A stretch of DNA of 63,672 nucleotides, counting the filler, from Octopus bimaculoides (Eukaryota): the NCBI RefSeq assembly GCF_001194135.2. It is 6 parts of 6 records of this genome, joined end to end, with 100 filler letters (N's around TTAATTAATTAA, not from the genome) between each part and the next. Parts side by side here need not be neighbours in the genome. Positions count along the whole stretch, not along the records: positions 1 to 15,932 come from NC_068985.1; positions 16,033 to 36,005 come from NC_068983.1; 4 more parts are not named here. One strand, 5' to 3'. A program made the translations under genes and the position numbers. Shown piece after piece: positions 12,771-26,040 of the stretch. Position 1 is the stretch's first letter. Every line of letters begins with the position of its first letter. A model generated the notes under the pieces. That model worked only from the letters and a program-made list of their open reading frames with translations. It ran no database searches and was not told the origin of the DNA.

Positions 12771-12799
12771 AGAATTAAAAATTTTTTTAAAAAGAATGA

Positions 12800-12842
<43 letters not shown>

Positions 12843-13495
12843 NNNNNNNNNNNNNNNNNNNNNNNNNNNNNNNNNNNNNNNNNNNNNNNNNNNNNNNNNN
12901 NNNNNNNNNNNNNNNNNNNNNNNNNNNNNNNNNNNNNNNNNNNNNNNNNNNNNNNNNNNNNNNNNNNNNNNNNNNNNNNNNNNNNNNNNNNNNNNNNNNN
13001 NNNNNNNNNNNNNNNNNNNNNNNNNNNNNNNNNNNNNNNNNNNNNNNNNNNNNNNNNNNNNNNNNNNNNNNNNNNNNNNNNNNNNNNNNNNNNNNNNNNN
13101 NNNNNNNNNNNNNNNNNNNNNNNNNNNNNNNNNNNNNNNNNNNNNNNNNNNNNNNNNNNNNNNNNNNNNNNNNNNNNNNNNNNNNNNNNNNNNNNNNNNN
13201 NNNNNNNNNNNNNNNNNNNNNNNNNNNNNNNNNNNNNNNNNNNNNNNNNNNNNNNNNNNNNNNNNNNNNNNNNNNNNNNNNNNNNNNNNNNNNNNNNNNN
13301 NNNNNNNNNNNNNNNNNNNNNNNNNNNNNNNNNNNNNNNNNNNNNNNNNNNNNNNNNNNNNNNNNNNNNNNNNNNNNNNNNNNNNNNNNNNNNNNNNNNN
13401 NNNNNNNNNNNNNNNNNNNNNNNNNNNNNNNNNNNNNNNNNNNNNNNNNNNNNNNNNNNNNNNNNNNNNNNNNNNNNNNNNNNNNNNNNNNNNNN

Positions 13496-13530
<35 letters not shown>

Positions 13531-13534
13531 ACAG

Positions 13535-13680
13535 GCTTATTTCAGTTTCTGTCTACCAGATCCACTCACAAGGCTTTGGTTGGCCCGAGGTTATAGCAGA
13601 AGATACTTGCCCAAGGTGCTGTGCAGTGGGACTGAACCCATCTCCATGTGGTTGGTAAGCAAGTTACTTACCACATACCA
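13535..13680 (-). mobile_element. SINE family B, 5' half
   Basis: Reverse complement of head and core next to a gap. Confidence 0.8.
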
Positions 13681-14739
13681 AAAGAGATTGATAAAATTAA
13701 GTACCAGGAAGAGTACTAGAGTCAATATAAGGGACTAAACCTTTGAAAGATATGCAACAACATTGTCTTAATTCAATAACAGAAAATGTGAAAAAGACTA
13801 AAAGAACCAAACAGATCCACAAACTATCTCCCTAAATGTGACCAATTTACCAGATGTTAACCACAGATGAACAGATAGTTAAATGAAGGAGCCAAGATGA
13901 ACCAAATGCAACCTGTAGGGAAAAGATATGTAAGACAGGAATAGAAAATAAATGTCTCTAAAGGGACTGAGAATGTAAATAGGAGGGAAGTAAATACTAA
14001 AAGGAATTGTGTTGAACAATCTACTGTTACTACCATTCTGCCAAAGAGATGAAGATGGTGTGGTGCTCATGCTGGAAATGGTGATAGTGGTAATGATGAT
14101 GATGATGATTGATGATGGGGCAATAGGGACGATGTGGCTAATGGCTGCAAAAGTTTAGGATAACTTATAATGATAAAATAGTGATGAAGTTGACAATGAA
14201 AAATGATGACAAGGAGACAGATATCTATCTTTCTATAAAACATAAACATTTCTGAATTCATGTATGTCTACTTGTATGAGATTTAAACATACAATCACTG
14301 CCATCTAACTAACACTGCATCTCCTAAATAATAACTGTAAAAGCTTCTAATTTTGGCACACAATAAACATTTAGCAAGGAAGAAGAGCTACAGGAAATTA
14401 AACTGATTCCAGTAAAGGAGATGAAAGTCTCCTTGATAGGATTTCAGCTGAAAATAATAATCATCATCATTGTTTTATTATCCACTTGTAAATAAATAAC
14501 ATGTTTTGTATGAACTGTGATTTTTTCTGTTTTGTTTAAAGTGGGCACACATTCAAGACAAGAGGGATACACATACACACATATATACACAAATTTGACA
14601 GACTCCTAGTTTTCATGTACCAAATTTCCTTCATGTGGCACTGGTTAACCTAATGTGGTAATAGAAGAAATAAACTGATAGTGTCCTCACAGTCAAAACA
14701 AACCTTCAATATAGACAAATGGCTGAAGGAGATTTGAAT

Positions 14740-15010
14740 AGAATGCCCTGTAGAGCTGCTACAGAACGTTTTTCTCTTAAGGACAGCAAGGATTATCAGG
14801 AGGGTTCTAAGCACTTGAAAGACTACTGAAGACTTGTGGATACCTAAGGTAACAGGTAGTTGTCTGCTACCCGCATAAATCCTACCAGGAATAAGACCGA
14901 ACCAGAGTCAAACAAAATGCCCTGATGCTGTACCAGGCAGTGGCTCGCATGACTTCTGATTAACTCTACCAGGAATAAGAACAAACTTGAATCAAATCAA
15001 TGATAATTAT
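14740..15010 (+). mobile_element. R4/Dong-like non-LTR retrotransposon 3' end
   Basis: 14750-14818 translates VELLQNVFLLRTARIIRRVLST*, like the LQKxxLLGTARILRRVL terminus of RLE-type elements; putative 3' UTR follows. Confidence 0.6.
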
Positions 15011-15317
15011 AGTAGTAGTAGTAGTAGTAGTAGTTGTTATTCTTCAGTCTTATGTTATCATGTCCTTTCACTGCATTACCAAGCACAGCTCTGTGTTCCT
15101 TGGGTCTATGCTGTGGTTTGTTGTGATGCTCTTATTTTCAACGTATTGAAAGTGCTTTATGTAGGATGTGCACAGTGCCCAGTAGTGCAGTTTTCTGTAT
15201 GTTATATACATTTGTAAGTCCTGGTGTTTTGGTTATATATTGGTCTGAATGTTTTTTAATCATACCTAATGCACCTATTATTATAGGAATTGTTTCAGTT
15301 TTTAGGCTCTACATCCA
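15011..15317 (-). mobile_element. R4/Dong-like 3' fragment, copy 1 of the stack
   Basis: Minus translation LKTETIPIIIGALGMIKKHSDQYITKTPGLTNVYNIQKTALLGTVHILHKALSIR*; trinucleotide tail at 15011-15034. Confidence 0.85.
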
Positions 15318-15319
15318 AG

Positions 15320-15760
15320 TTATTATTATTATTATTTACTTTTAATCCGCATATTTGTTACAATTACTTGCTGAAATATGTCCAGCATCCTAGAGTAAGT
15401 GACAGATAAGAGATGTTACAGTATGGCTGAAAGTTTGGGGAGGGGAAGTGGTAGGGGCAGTAACGAAATATCTTCATGTAATACAATACAGACATTTAGA
15501 TCGATAGGGTTTTTCTAAGGATGTGGGCAGTACTTGTAAGCACAATCTTTTGGATATCTCTGAGACATGTTTCTCCTGGGATGTTATCTAGATGTTTCTG
15601 ACATCCCTTTTTTTATCATACCTAGGGTACTACAATAACAGGAATAGTTCTTGCTTTAAGATGCCACATCTTTTGTATTTCAATTTCCAGGTCCTTATAT
15701 TTACTTAATTTGTCAAATTCCTTTACAGATATATTTTTATCAGTGGGAACACTTACATCT
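15320..15760 (-). mobile_element. R4/Dong-like 3' fragment, copy 2, different subfamily
   Basis: Minus translation DVSVPTDKNISVKEFDKLSKYKDLEIEIQKMWHLKARTIPVIV..LGMIKKGCQKHLDNIPGETCLRDIQKIVLTSTAHILRKTLSI* (stop at 15496-15498, one frameshift); (TAA)n tail at 15320-15336. Confidence 0.9.
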
Positions 15761-15932
15761 ATTATCATCATTATTATTATTATTATTATTATTCAGTAGT
15801 TTTATTTTTATAACGTGCTTTCACTTCACTACCGAGCGCAGCTCTGTGCGCCTTGGGTATGTGCTGTGGTTTGCTGTGGTGCTCTTATGTTTACTGTATT
15901 GAAAGTGTTTTGCGTAGAATGTGTGCAGTACC
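15761..15932 (-). mobile_element. R4/Dong-like 3' fragment, copy 3, cut by a gap
   Basis: GTAHILRKTLSIQ* with a 3' UTR homologous to copy 1; (TAA)n tail at 15761-15793. Confidence 0.85.
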
Positions 15933-16032
15933 NNNNNNNNNNNNNNNNNNNNNNNNNNNNNNNNNNNNNNNNNNNNTTAATTAATTAANNNNNNNNNNNN
16001 NNNNNNNNNNNNNNNNNNNNNNNNNNNNNNNN

Positions 16033-16246
16033 GTGGCACATAAAAGACACCATTTCGAGCGTGGCCGTTTTCGTGCGGGTGACACGTAAAAGCACCCACT
16101 ACACTCTCTGAGTGGTTGGTGTTAGGAAGGGCATCCAGCTGTAGAAACTCTGCCAAATTAGACTGGAGCCTGGTGTTGCCATCCGGTTTCACCAGTCCTC
16201 AGTCAAATCGTCCAACCCATGCTAGCATGGAAAGCGGACGTTAAAC

Positions 16247-16277
<31 letters not shown>
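16033..16277 (+). mobile_element. Young family A retroposon 3' end
   Basis: Near-identical to 1-158 and 31836-32067; long (GAT)n tail; begins at a gap. Confidence 0.9.
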
Positions 16278-16319
16278 TATCTATATGTATGTATGTATGC
16301 ATGTATGTAGAGAGAGAGT

Positions 16320-16515
16320 GTCATTTGACCTGCTAGAAATAGTTGTCTAACTGCACTCAAATCATACCCTGCTACCTTAAAAAGAAGACACATTGGATAA
16401 TGTATTCCTGCTTACTCTATATCTGGAAAAAAGATAAAAGTTGTTATGGTTTCAATGCCCTTGACTATAGGTCAGCTCGACCAGAACTAACTTAGGGGGT
16501 CAAGCAGCAACAATC
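16320..16515 (+). repeat. Short interspersed repeat (family F)
   Basis: TTGACCTGCTAGAAATAG...CAAATCATACCCT...TTAAAAA motif recurs at about 17880-18070 (+), 28850-29050 (+), 28275-28380 (-) and 29400-29560 (-). Confidence 0.65.
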
Positions 16516-17127
16516 TTCACCCACCATTATTCTACAACCACAGTGCCAATAGACAAGAAAGCTAAACACATTGTCCAAACAATTCAAACTTAATAGAAAA
16601 AACATAAAACAAATTTATATTATCTACTTCCAATCTTCCAGATTTTCTGTTCTGTCATTCTTCATTTCTAGAATGTTCCTCAGAATAATTTTTGAAGTTT
16701 TTTTTTTCTGTTTGCATTACAGCAACACCTGTTTTGTTAGATTAATGTTTTGTTTCTTGTTTTTTTCCTTTTTTATTATAATTATTTTTATTTATCAATA
16801 ATTTTCATACAATTTGTTATCTTTATAGCTTTTGATAATGCTTTGACTTTGGATATATGAATATATAAATATATATATATATATAAACATATTTTTTATA
16901 TACACACACAAGTGCACATGCACACACACATACACAAACACACATACAAACAAACAAACCATACACTCTATCACGTAGTCACATATATGCATTCACAAAA
17001 ATGTGTGTGAATTAGCTTTATCCACAAATTATTCTACACACCTCCACTATAAATTTGTTCCAAGAGCTCTTCGGACTTACACTAAAAAAAGAGGAGTGAA
17101 ACACAAACTGTAGGTAGGTATATATAT

Positions 17128-17421
17128 CAGGTAATCCCATAAGTTCTGTCCGAATTTTGAATAAAGAAAACAAGTGATCAAATGTTATATTTAATTGAAA
17201 TTTAATCATCAATGTACTTTCCCTGATTATCTATGACTTCCTTCCATCTATTTACAAGCTTTTTAATCCCATCAATGTAAAACTCTTTTGGCTTCAAAGC
17301 GAAGAACTCTGAAATGTCAGTTTCGACCTCCTCCTGGCTTGCAAAAGTTATGTCTCCCAAATGATTCTGTAAACTACGAAACAAATGGTAGTCTGAAGGA
17401 GCAAGGTCAGGAGAATAAGGT
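17128..17421 (-). mobile_element. Mariner (DD34D-type) transposase C-terminal remnant
   Basis: Minus translation PYSPDLAPSDYHLFRSLQNHLGDITFASQEEVETDISEFFALKPKEFYIDGIKKLVNRWKEVIDNQGKYIDD*. Confidence 0.92.
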
Positions 17422-18614
17422 GAATTGTATCCTATTGTCTTAAAAAATAAAGACAGAATGGATAATTTAGTCCTACATGCAGTATGCTTTCGGTGGGATG
17501 ACTATGGTTGAAAAGCATTTGAACATAGATCTGCTCAACTAAGATAAACTTCAGGCTGAACAACAAAAACCAGTAATTGTCATCATGGTGGTCATCATCA
17601 TTTCACTACACTAGCATGAGTGGAGAGTTCTGTAATACAACATATTACCATTCATTCGGTTTTTGTGAACTTTAGCCTTCTTCTCAGATCTGATATCATT
17701 GTTTCTTTCTCTGCTATGATCTATCACAGATACCTTCCATTGTTAACTCACAACACTTACATTCCATAAACAATAGCAGCTTATTTTATCCATTTTTATT
17801 ACACATCCCCATCAGTATAGTTATCTCACCAGTGTTTTTTAATACCCAGCTAATAAGCCAGGAAGGGAATTGCTTACTAGATGCTTGACTGCTAGAAATA
17901 GCAGTCAAATTTCTTTCAAATTGTACCCAACCATCTTTTTTAAAACACAGAGCAAACTAAATAATCTTTATCTTAGAAACACTTTCTAGAAGAAAAAATT
18001 AGACTGGATTGTCAAGCCTGAAATTCCTTTCAAAATAAGTTTGCTTAAGCGGGGTTGATCTGGAGCTAAAAAAAAAAAAGAATCAATTACAGCAGCTATT
18101 TTATCTGTTTACTTGTGCTAAGTATTAGATATGAAAGATATAATGAGCTTATTATATACAGTGTTCAGGTGCACTACAACTTGTTGGAAAAGGGTGAAAG
18201 TGGGAACAGAAAGCAGCCATAAATCAAATAAAGAAAGATGACCACAAAAGCTAGAAATACATGCATTGTATACAAAATAGAACACAAAAGAAAAGAGAAA
18301 AGTGAACAGTAAAAGAGTCAGGAGTAATGTTGATAAATTTCAGGAAGCAGGGAATTTTTGAAGGATGCAATGTCCTGATAGCGAATAACCAGCACATAAT
18401 TTATTCCGTGCTTTGACAATGCTGAGCACAATAAAACATTGCTGTAAGTAATGGATGCTGCACATTTTTATTTTATTTTATAAGCATGTCCATGGGTGGT
18501 AGAGATAATGATTTCAAAAAGGTGACCAAAGTTGTTATTGGAAAGATGGTGGATAATCTTGTGGGCTTCTACCAAGTCAGCTGAGAAAAGTTAGTGTGTC
18601 AACAGCAACAATCA

Positions 18615-18942
18615 AGTGGCACTTCGTCAGTTATAATGACTAGTGTTTCAGTTAATCTGATCAATGGAACAGCCTGCTCATGAAATTAAAGTGCAAGTGG
18701 CTGAATGCTCCACAAACATGCATATCCTTAACGTAGTTCTTAGAGAGATTCCATGTGGCACAGAATGTGACAAGGCAGGCCTTTTGAAATACAGGTACAA
18801 CTTGTTTTTGCAATCCGAGTGGACTGGGATAATGTGAAAAAAATTGATTTGCTCAAGAACACAATGTTCCACCAAGAATCGAACTTATAACCTTACAATT
18901 TTGAGCTGAATACCCCTAACCACTTAGCCACATGCCTTCACA
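18615..18942 (-). mobile_element. SINE with a family D-like head and family C tail
   Basis: Tail matches 8070-8250; head carries TTGTGTTCTTGAGCAA..TTTCACATT..CCAGTCCACTC like 26810-26950. Confidence 0.75.
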
Positions 18943-19439
18943 TGTCACGGCCCTCTGTATTTTAATATTACACATCTAACACATGCTAGTCGTTATGAGA
19001 GTAATGAGAGGTATCTCTAAATGCTGCAGATTTGTAAACATTTAGCCTTAAGAAAATGTATTTTAATACTTGGTTGTGTCGAAAACTGTGTTATTCATAA
19101 ATTTGTTGTACGTAGATATGATTACTGAAACAATGCGAATGATGTTTGGTTTGAACATCTGCAAGAGAAACATCTGAGCCAACAAGAGAGGATCTCACAA
19201 TGCCAAGGTCTAGGAGGAAGTCTCCATAGCAGTCAGGAACAAACTTCAACCTTTGTAACTTTCTGAATGGTATGTCTAATGAAAAAATACCTTGAATATT
19301 GTTAGTAGTGTGGCCCAACCTATGGTGAGCCATGTCTCTTCCAGCCCACTTCTTGAAAATGGTTGTCCATGCCTGCTCTACTCAGCTGTCTCACCAACTT
19401 GAAATGGCAACTGAACCATTCTCAAATCAAACAGCCCGC

Positions 19440-19630
19440 TATCTCGAAAGTAGTTGGACCACTGAACTCTACGAGTTTTTTTCATTCTCTCTCTGTTTAT
19501 TTTCTCTTATTCCTTTCTGTTGAAGAGCATAGGTTTGAAATGTAAAAGACTTTTTTGTTTTCCCAAGCATCAAACTAATGCACTTGCTTGGTGTTCATAC
19601 ACCTGTCTTCCGCTTTTATTTTCTATAAAT
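19440..19630 (+). mobile_element. Penelope-like element 3' end with a decayed hammerhead-like motif (19512-19549)
   Basis: CCTTT-CTGTTGA-A-GAGC..GTTT-GAAATGTA-AAAGA and the downstream tail are homologous to the reverse complement of 61270-61400. Confidence 0.6.
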
Positions 19631-19634
19631 TTCA

Positions 19635-19676
<42 letters not shown>

Positions 19677-20104
19677 GTTGGACTGGAATAAATTTACACT
19701 GTTAGTTTTAAATAAAAAATGATTAAAAAAAAACATATGCTGTTCATCATAATCATCACTTTAACATCCACTTTTCCAAGCTTACACGGGTCAAACAGAA
19801 TGGCTAGATCCTCTTCCTGTTACTAATCCTCTCCCGTCTCCAAGCAAAGTAATGTTTCCTCATGGCTGGACATGTTTTCATGGAAGGTTAAAACAAAGGA
19901 TGTATGATGGTGATGCTCATTTTGCAACTATCACATGATGATGAGACAAGAGATAGTTGTAAAATGAGAGTCATTTTGTTTCCTTTGTTTCTAATCATCC
20001 ATGAATAAAAGAATTTTGCTGATTGAATCCTGTTATGACCAAGATATATCATTTTCAAAATCTCAGTCTACAATAGACCAGTAAGAACTCACCAGTGTAA
20101 ATAT

Positions 20105-20470
20105 TGGTTTCAACTTTTAGCACAAAGCCTGCAATTTCAGGGAAGCAGATAAGTCAATTAGATTGACCCCAGTGTTCAACTGGTACTTATTTTATTGACC
20201 CTGAAATAATGAAAGGCAAAGTCCACATCAGCAGACCAGTGTAAATATTCTTTTCTACTCTAGGCACAAGGCGCGAATTTTTTGTGGAAGGGGCCAGTCG
20301 ATTAGATCAACCCAGTATGCAACTGGTATTTAATTTATCGACCCTGAAAGGGTGAAAGGCAAAGTTGACCTCGGCAGAATTTGAACTCAGAATGTATAAA
20401 CAGATGAAATACCACTAAGCATTTCGCCCGGCATGCTAACGATTCTGCCAGCTCACTGCCTTACAACAGT
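20105..20470 (-). mobile_element. Two adjacent tRNA-derived SINE family E copies
   Basis: ACCCC..AACTGGTA..TTTAT.GACCCTGAAA..TGAAAGGCAAAGT motif twice; reverse complement of the 60197-60408 type. Confidence 0.85.
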
Positions 20471-20735
20471 GTAAATATTGTCCACACTTTGTAATTGACA
20501 CATATTTGTCACATTATATTGTACTAAGTTCCTGTACTTTTGTGGGCTTGCTCTATTTTAGAAGCATCAACAATGTGGTTGCACTGTCAGTTCTTTTGAC
20601 ACCTCTACAGAGTGGTCTCAGTAAAACATTAGTTTCTGTATATTCTTTTCTGTTTCTGTTTTACAGCTAGAGTGACAGAGCCATTGAAAGTGAATGGTCC
20701 TTCTCAAAGAAACAAATGTAACTCTCTCTCTTTCA

Positions 20736-20773
<38 letters not shown>

Positions 20774-21188
20774 ATTTTCCTTTTCTTCCCCACTTTCTCT
20801 ATCTCTCTCTTTCTCTCTACTTTTTCTCTCCCCTTCTTTTTTTCCTTTCACACCTCCCTTGCTTCTTGCTTGATAATGACAAGGCTGTTATGACAAAAAC
20901 CATGCTAAAGGTGATGAGGAAGAGGTGAAAAAAGAGAGACACAGAGAGAGATGAACTGAAGTATCCCTATGTTTGGATACAGATAGTAATTGGAGATTTC
21001 TCATTGAAAGAGGTTTCAGTACAGTATTACTAACTAACAAAACAGGACCTGTCATCAGTTCATTCCTCTGCTCACCCCAACTGCAACACCTACACCTACA
21101 CCCATGCTCACAGCCTCTCACACTCTTCCACTACACCATCCATTATCAGTAATAAAACATTACAAGACAAAATGAAGAACAAATCCAG

Positions 21189-21227
<39 letters not shown>

Positions 21228-21867
21228 CACACACACATGCACACACACACACATAGATACACATACACACACATACTTACACATCTATAGGTTTGATGAT
21301 GCAAACAGAGAAATAGAACGAAACTCTTGGCCCTTGAGACACTGTAACTTCTGCTGATTGCTAATAAAACACACACACACAAACACACACACACACACAT
21401 ACATATACACACACACACGTCTTCATTATCATAATCATCATATGCCCACTTTCCATGCTGGCATATATATGTATGCATGCATGTATGTATGTATGTATGC
21501 ATGTATGTATGTATGTGCACACACACTCACACACATATACACACACACACACGCACACATTAAAAAATAAATATATAATGTTTATCAAATTACAAATCTT
21601 ATCTCAGTATCTCTGTGGTTGTCTAATAATATCTCCTTACCTACTCACTGTTGTGTGGGTGTGCACATGTGTAGATGTGTGTGCATGTCAAGTGTATTAG
21701 TGTATGTACCCAACTGTGTGCATACGTTTACATATAAAGTAGGTATTGTATGTATGACTTATGCATTTTGTATATATATATGTATTTGTATGCATCTGTG
21801 TGTGTGTGTGTGTGTGTGTGTATGTCTGTGTGTATGTGTGTGTGTGTGTATGTCTGTGTGTATGTGT

Positions 21868-21906
<39 letters not shown>

Positions 21907-22269
21907 GTGTACATAACTGCAAATGTGTTTATATGAGCATGGGATTGTACACACATGTGAGGTGTGAATAACCCCAGGTGAAAGAAATTTAAATCACGCT
22001 TTAATTTACTAAAATTTCCATGGATATCACCTGGTAAACTATTCAATTAGTAGTTTACAAGAGAATTTATAGTAGCAGTAGGAGGTACAAATTGTAATAT
22101 CTCATAGAGATACAATGCTTCTATTGCTATTATGATATAACATTATTTATATGATAACATTGTTACATTCTTCTCCTCTACCCCACAAAAATAAAAGTAC
22201 ATACATATATTATCTGTATTATCAAAATACCAATATTCTCTAGTGTAATCATATGATTGCTTCTAGCAT

Positions 22270-22650
22270 AGGTGGAAAGGGATTAGTTGAGTAATTAAAC
22301 CCCAGTACTTCATCGACCCAGGAGAGATGATAACAAAGACAGCCTCAGCAGGATTTGAACTCAGAAAGCAGAGAGCCGGAAAAAATACCACAAAACATTT
22401 TGTTTGACATTCTAATGATTCTGTTGTTCCTTTGTCCTTGTAATCCTTTCCACTATAAATTTGGGGAGAGGTGGTTAGTTGATCACATTGATCCCAAGTG
22501 TTTAACTGGTATTTATTTTATTAATCTTGAAAGGATGAAAAGCAAAGTCAACTTTGGTGGCATTTGAACTCCCAATGTAAAGACAAATGAAAATGTTACT
22601 AAGCATTTTGTCCAGCATGCTAATGATTGTACCATCTCAACCCTTTCATT
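22270..22650 (-). mobile_element. Two degraded SINE family E copies
   Basis: Same motif (GGATGAAAAGCAAAGTCAACTTTGGTGGCATTTGAACTC), CpG-depleted. Confidence 0.75.
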
Positions 22651-22660
22651 GCCCTTATTC

Positions 22661-22870
22661 CTCTTTTACTCTTTTACTTGTTTCAGTCATTTGACTGCGG
22701 CCATGCTGGAGCACTGCTTTTAGTTGAGAAAATCGACCCCAGGACTTATTCTTTGTAAGCCTAGTACTTATTCTATCGATCTCTTTTTGCCGAACCGCTA
22801 AGTTACGGGAACGTAAACACACCAGCATTGGTTGTCAAGCGATGATGGGGGGACAAACACAGACACACAA

Positions 22871-22914
<44 letters not shown>

Positions 22915-23077
22915 GACGGGCTTCTTTCAGTTTCCGTCTACCAAATCCACTCACAAGGCTTTGGTTGGCCCGAGGCTATAGTAGAAGACACTTGCCCAAG
23001 ATGCCACGCAGTGGGACTGAACCCGGAACAATGTGGTTGGTAGGCAAGCTACTTACCACACAGCCACTCCTGCGCCT
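22661..23077 (-). mobile_element. tRNA-derived SINE family B, full length
   Basis: Reverse complement of 5871-6303 with little divergence. Confidence 0.92.
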
Positions 23078-23179
23078 TATAATAATAATTTCTAATTTAC
23101 ACACAAAGCTTACAATCTTACGAAGAGGAATTAGTTGATTGAATCAATCTCAGTATTTGATTAGTACCTTATTTTATCA

Positions 23180-24170
23180 AAAGTAAATGAAAAATGGGAA
23201 TATTCATTGAAAACAATCAAAGATTTGTTACTACATGATGAAGGTAATAGACCCTGAAAATCAATGCTCATGTGGACCAAGGGTGGCATAGATCTGTTGA
23301 GTTAATGTGATTCTAGATGATAGTGTTGTTAGGTTTAACCATTGATAAATGTGGCAAACACAAACACCACTTTTAATGTCAACTACTGAATATGGAAGAT
23401 TTCATACTCAAACAAAACATGGTAACTTTGTAAGGACAAGGTGGCAGAAAGATGGATAGGTCTGTTATATGGCATATCCCCCATAAGAGATTTTAGAAAT
23501 AGAATTCTTCTAAAATGTAACAATTTTGGTATCAACATACCGTTTCAGATTGAAATTCTTCAAAATACATTAAAAAGAAAATAAAGATAGGAAGTTTTAG
23601 CCAAGAAAACAGAGAACTGCAAAGCACTGTATTTTCATGTTTTAAGATAAAAATAACTATTCAATGTCAGTTCATAAAAAAGCTGCATCTCTTCCAGACT
23701 GAACATAATCCCCATCAATTTAGTGTAAACAAGATCAATCTCATAAAATACCAAGCTAAAAAATTAAAGCATGCAATACTACTAAATGCAAAAAAAGGAA
23801 ATTTATGTAGAGATTAGCCAAGAAGATTATAAGAACAAGAATCTTACTCCATGAAATTAAATGCATCCTCACTCCATTGGAGGTGGAAATATTCTTCTAT
23901 GTTATTCAGTGTAACCACCATTATTTAATCAATGGTAAACAACAATTTCTGCAACAAACAAAAATTTATGAAACACTAACACCAATTTCACTAAGAGAAG
24001 TGGAGATACTCTGACAGCATTGATGGAATTATTACAATTTCAACACAGATATACAAAATGAAAATACAAATACAGAAACAGCCACTAGAACATATGATGC
24101 AATACAATAGAACATGGAGGAAACATCTGTTTTAGCATTATCACTGAAGTATGCCATATACAAGAAGTTC
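23180..24170 (+). mobile_element. Possible decayed 5' ORF region of a Penelope-like element
   Basis: A-rich, formerly coding-looking sequence (fragments NNFGINIPFQIEIL, KYQAKKLKH), upstream of and co-oriented with the RT remnant at 25690-26040; no diagnostic motif. Confidence 0.3.
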
Positions 24171-24179
24171 AATAATATT

Positions 24180-24392
24180 GGTTTCAAATTTTGGCACAGG
24201 ACCAACAATTTCAGGGGAGTGGGTAAGTCAATTACATTGACCTTGTCAACTGATACTTAATTTTATGACCCCAAGAGGATGAAAGGATGAAAGTTGACTT
24301 TGAGGGATTTGAACTCAGAAGCTTAAAGACGGATGAAATGCCACTAAGCAGTTTCCCTGATGTGCTAACAATCCTGCCAGCTCACTGCCTTA
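24180..24392 (-). mobile_element. SINE family E
   Basis: TTTTGGCACAGG..CAATTTCAGGGG...GAAAGTTGACTTTGAGGGATTTGAACTCAG...CCTGCCAGCTCACTGCCT. Confidence 0.85.
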
Positions 24393-25470
24393 AGAAGATC
24401 AATGATATTGAATGCCTATCTGAAATTGTTAAAAGGTTTTACTCAAATCAGATGAGAATGAGGGAATAATAGTAACAACAAACTCTCCTAGGAATACAGT
24501 TAATGGTAACAACAACTCTGGTTCTAATTCTAAACCTGCTACTGGTACTGACAACATATCCAACAATTACAGATTGTTATATTTTCTCTCGGCGATCAAA
24601 TTCCCATTAATAGAGGTGTCTCCAGATTCCTGCAGCAGCACTGAAGACCTACTCAGCAGAATCAGTGATTGCAACCTTTCCTGTGACCTAACACATTGTA
24701 TTACATATTGAATGCTAAAAAATCATACTTGCTTGCAAGTGATGGTTTGTTCAGTCCCACTGTGTGGCATCATATTTTTAAAGTCTCTCTCTCTCTCTCT
24801 CACACACACACAGACACACACACAGCTTTGGCTAGCCTGGGGCTATAGCAGAAGACACTTGCCCAAGGTGCTGCACCATGGGACTGAACCCAAATCAAGA
24901 GGTCGGGAAACCAGCTTCTTTACCATACAGCCACATTTGCACCTATACATAAATACATACATATATACATTCTTATATATATGTATGCATGCATGTGTGT
25001 GTGTATTTATATATATGCATGTGTAAATATGTGTATCTGTGTATCTCCTCTCTCTCCCTCTCTCCCTACACACACACACACACACACACACATGAGCATC
25101 ATAGTCCAGTCGTAATAAAAACATAAACAATCCCCTATCTGACAACTGATCTATTTATATGTCACAAAATCTAGGTGAAATCTAGAACAAAACGCAGGCA
25201 ACATCCATAACATAAATAACAGAATATAACTTTTTTCTTCATTGTTTTTGTTTACTCAAGACTCTAGTATCAGTTGTTCCAATTTCTATAACCATTTTTT
25301 GTTATGCATGTGCTTTAGATTTAAAGGTAGATTTCAATTTATTTTTTTTATTATACATTATTATAGGTTTGAAGAACAATGCACACACACACACAAACAG
25401 AGTCAGAGACATGATCATACATAGAGACACTAATACATACAGACATGCAAGTGTGTGTGTATGTGTGTGT

Positions 25471-25576
<106 letters not shown>

Positions 25577-25689
25577 TAGAACACAAGCAAAATAAACATC
25601 TTCATCTTCAACCCCTAACCTCTCATATCAACATACCCACAAATAGCAAAGCAAAATTACTTTGTAATAACAAAGTATCATTATAAAAT

Positions 25690-26040
25690 AACAGTATAAA
25701 AATCATGTGAAGAATTTCTCAAAATTCTACGTGGAACAAATACAGTTGGGAACCTTTTCATCATGGCATTAAAAGTCTTTTTACAGACATCCTAGTGATG
25801 GAAACTGTCAACACAATCCTAAATAATATGTACCCACTATAACAGGAAATATAATTAAAAGATTTTTAGTGACTTGCATAAGTGAAGTAATCTTCTTTAG
25901 ACCACAATACAATCTATGTACCCAGAGAGACAGTGTGACTATCACTTCCTCACTTAGGCCAACTTTTGTGGCAGTTTACATGCCTAACATGGAAAACAAA
26001 GTTGTTCCCAAACACCACCAAACTATCTATATTGAGTATA
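25690..26040 (+). mobile_element. Penelope-like reverse transcriptase remnant
   Basis: IKSLFTDILVMETVNTILNNMY and LCTQRDSVTITSSLRPTFVAVYMPNMENKV match PLE RT motifs FDIKSLFTNIP..ETI and YxQxDGVAMGSSLGPTFAxxYMxxLE. Confidence 0.8.

Noticed and set aside
12677-13596. Long ORFs of 246-291 aa (also 43436-44243, 45268-46034 and others)
   Set aside because: They consist of N gaps and dinucleotide repeats.
15977-15988. TTAATTAATTAA inside N runs (also 36050, 47154, 57360, 61532)
   Set aside because: Identical 12-mer centred in 100-nt gaps with stops in all six frames: a scaffolding spacer, not biology.
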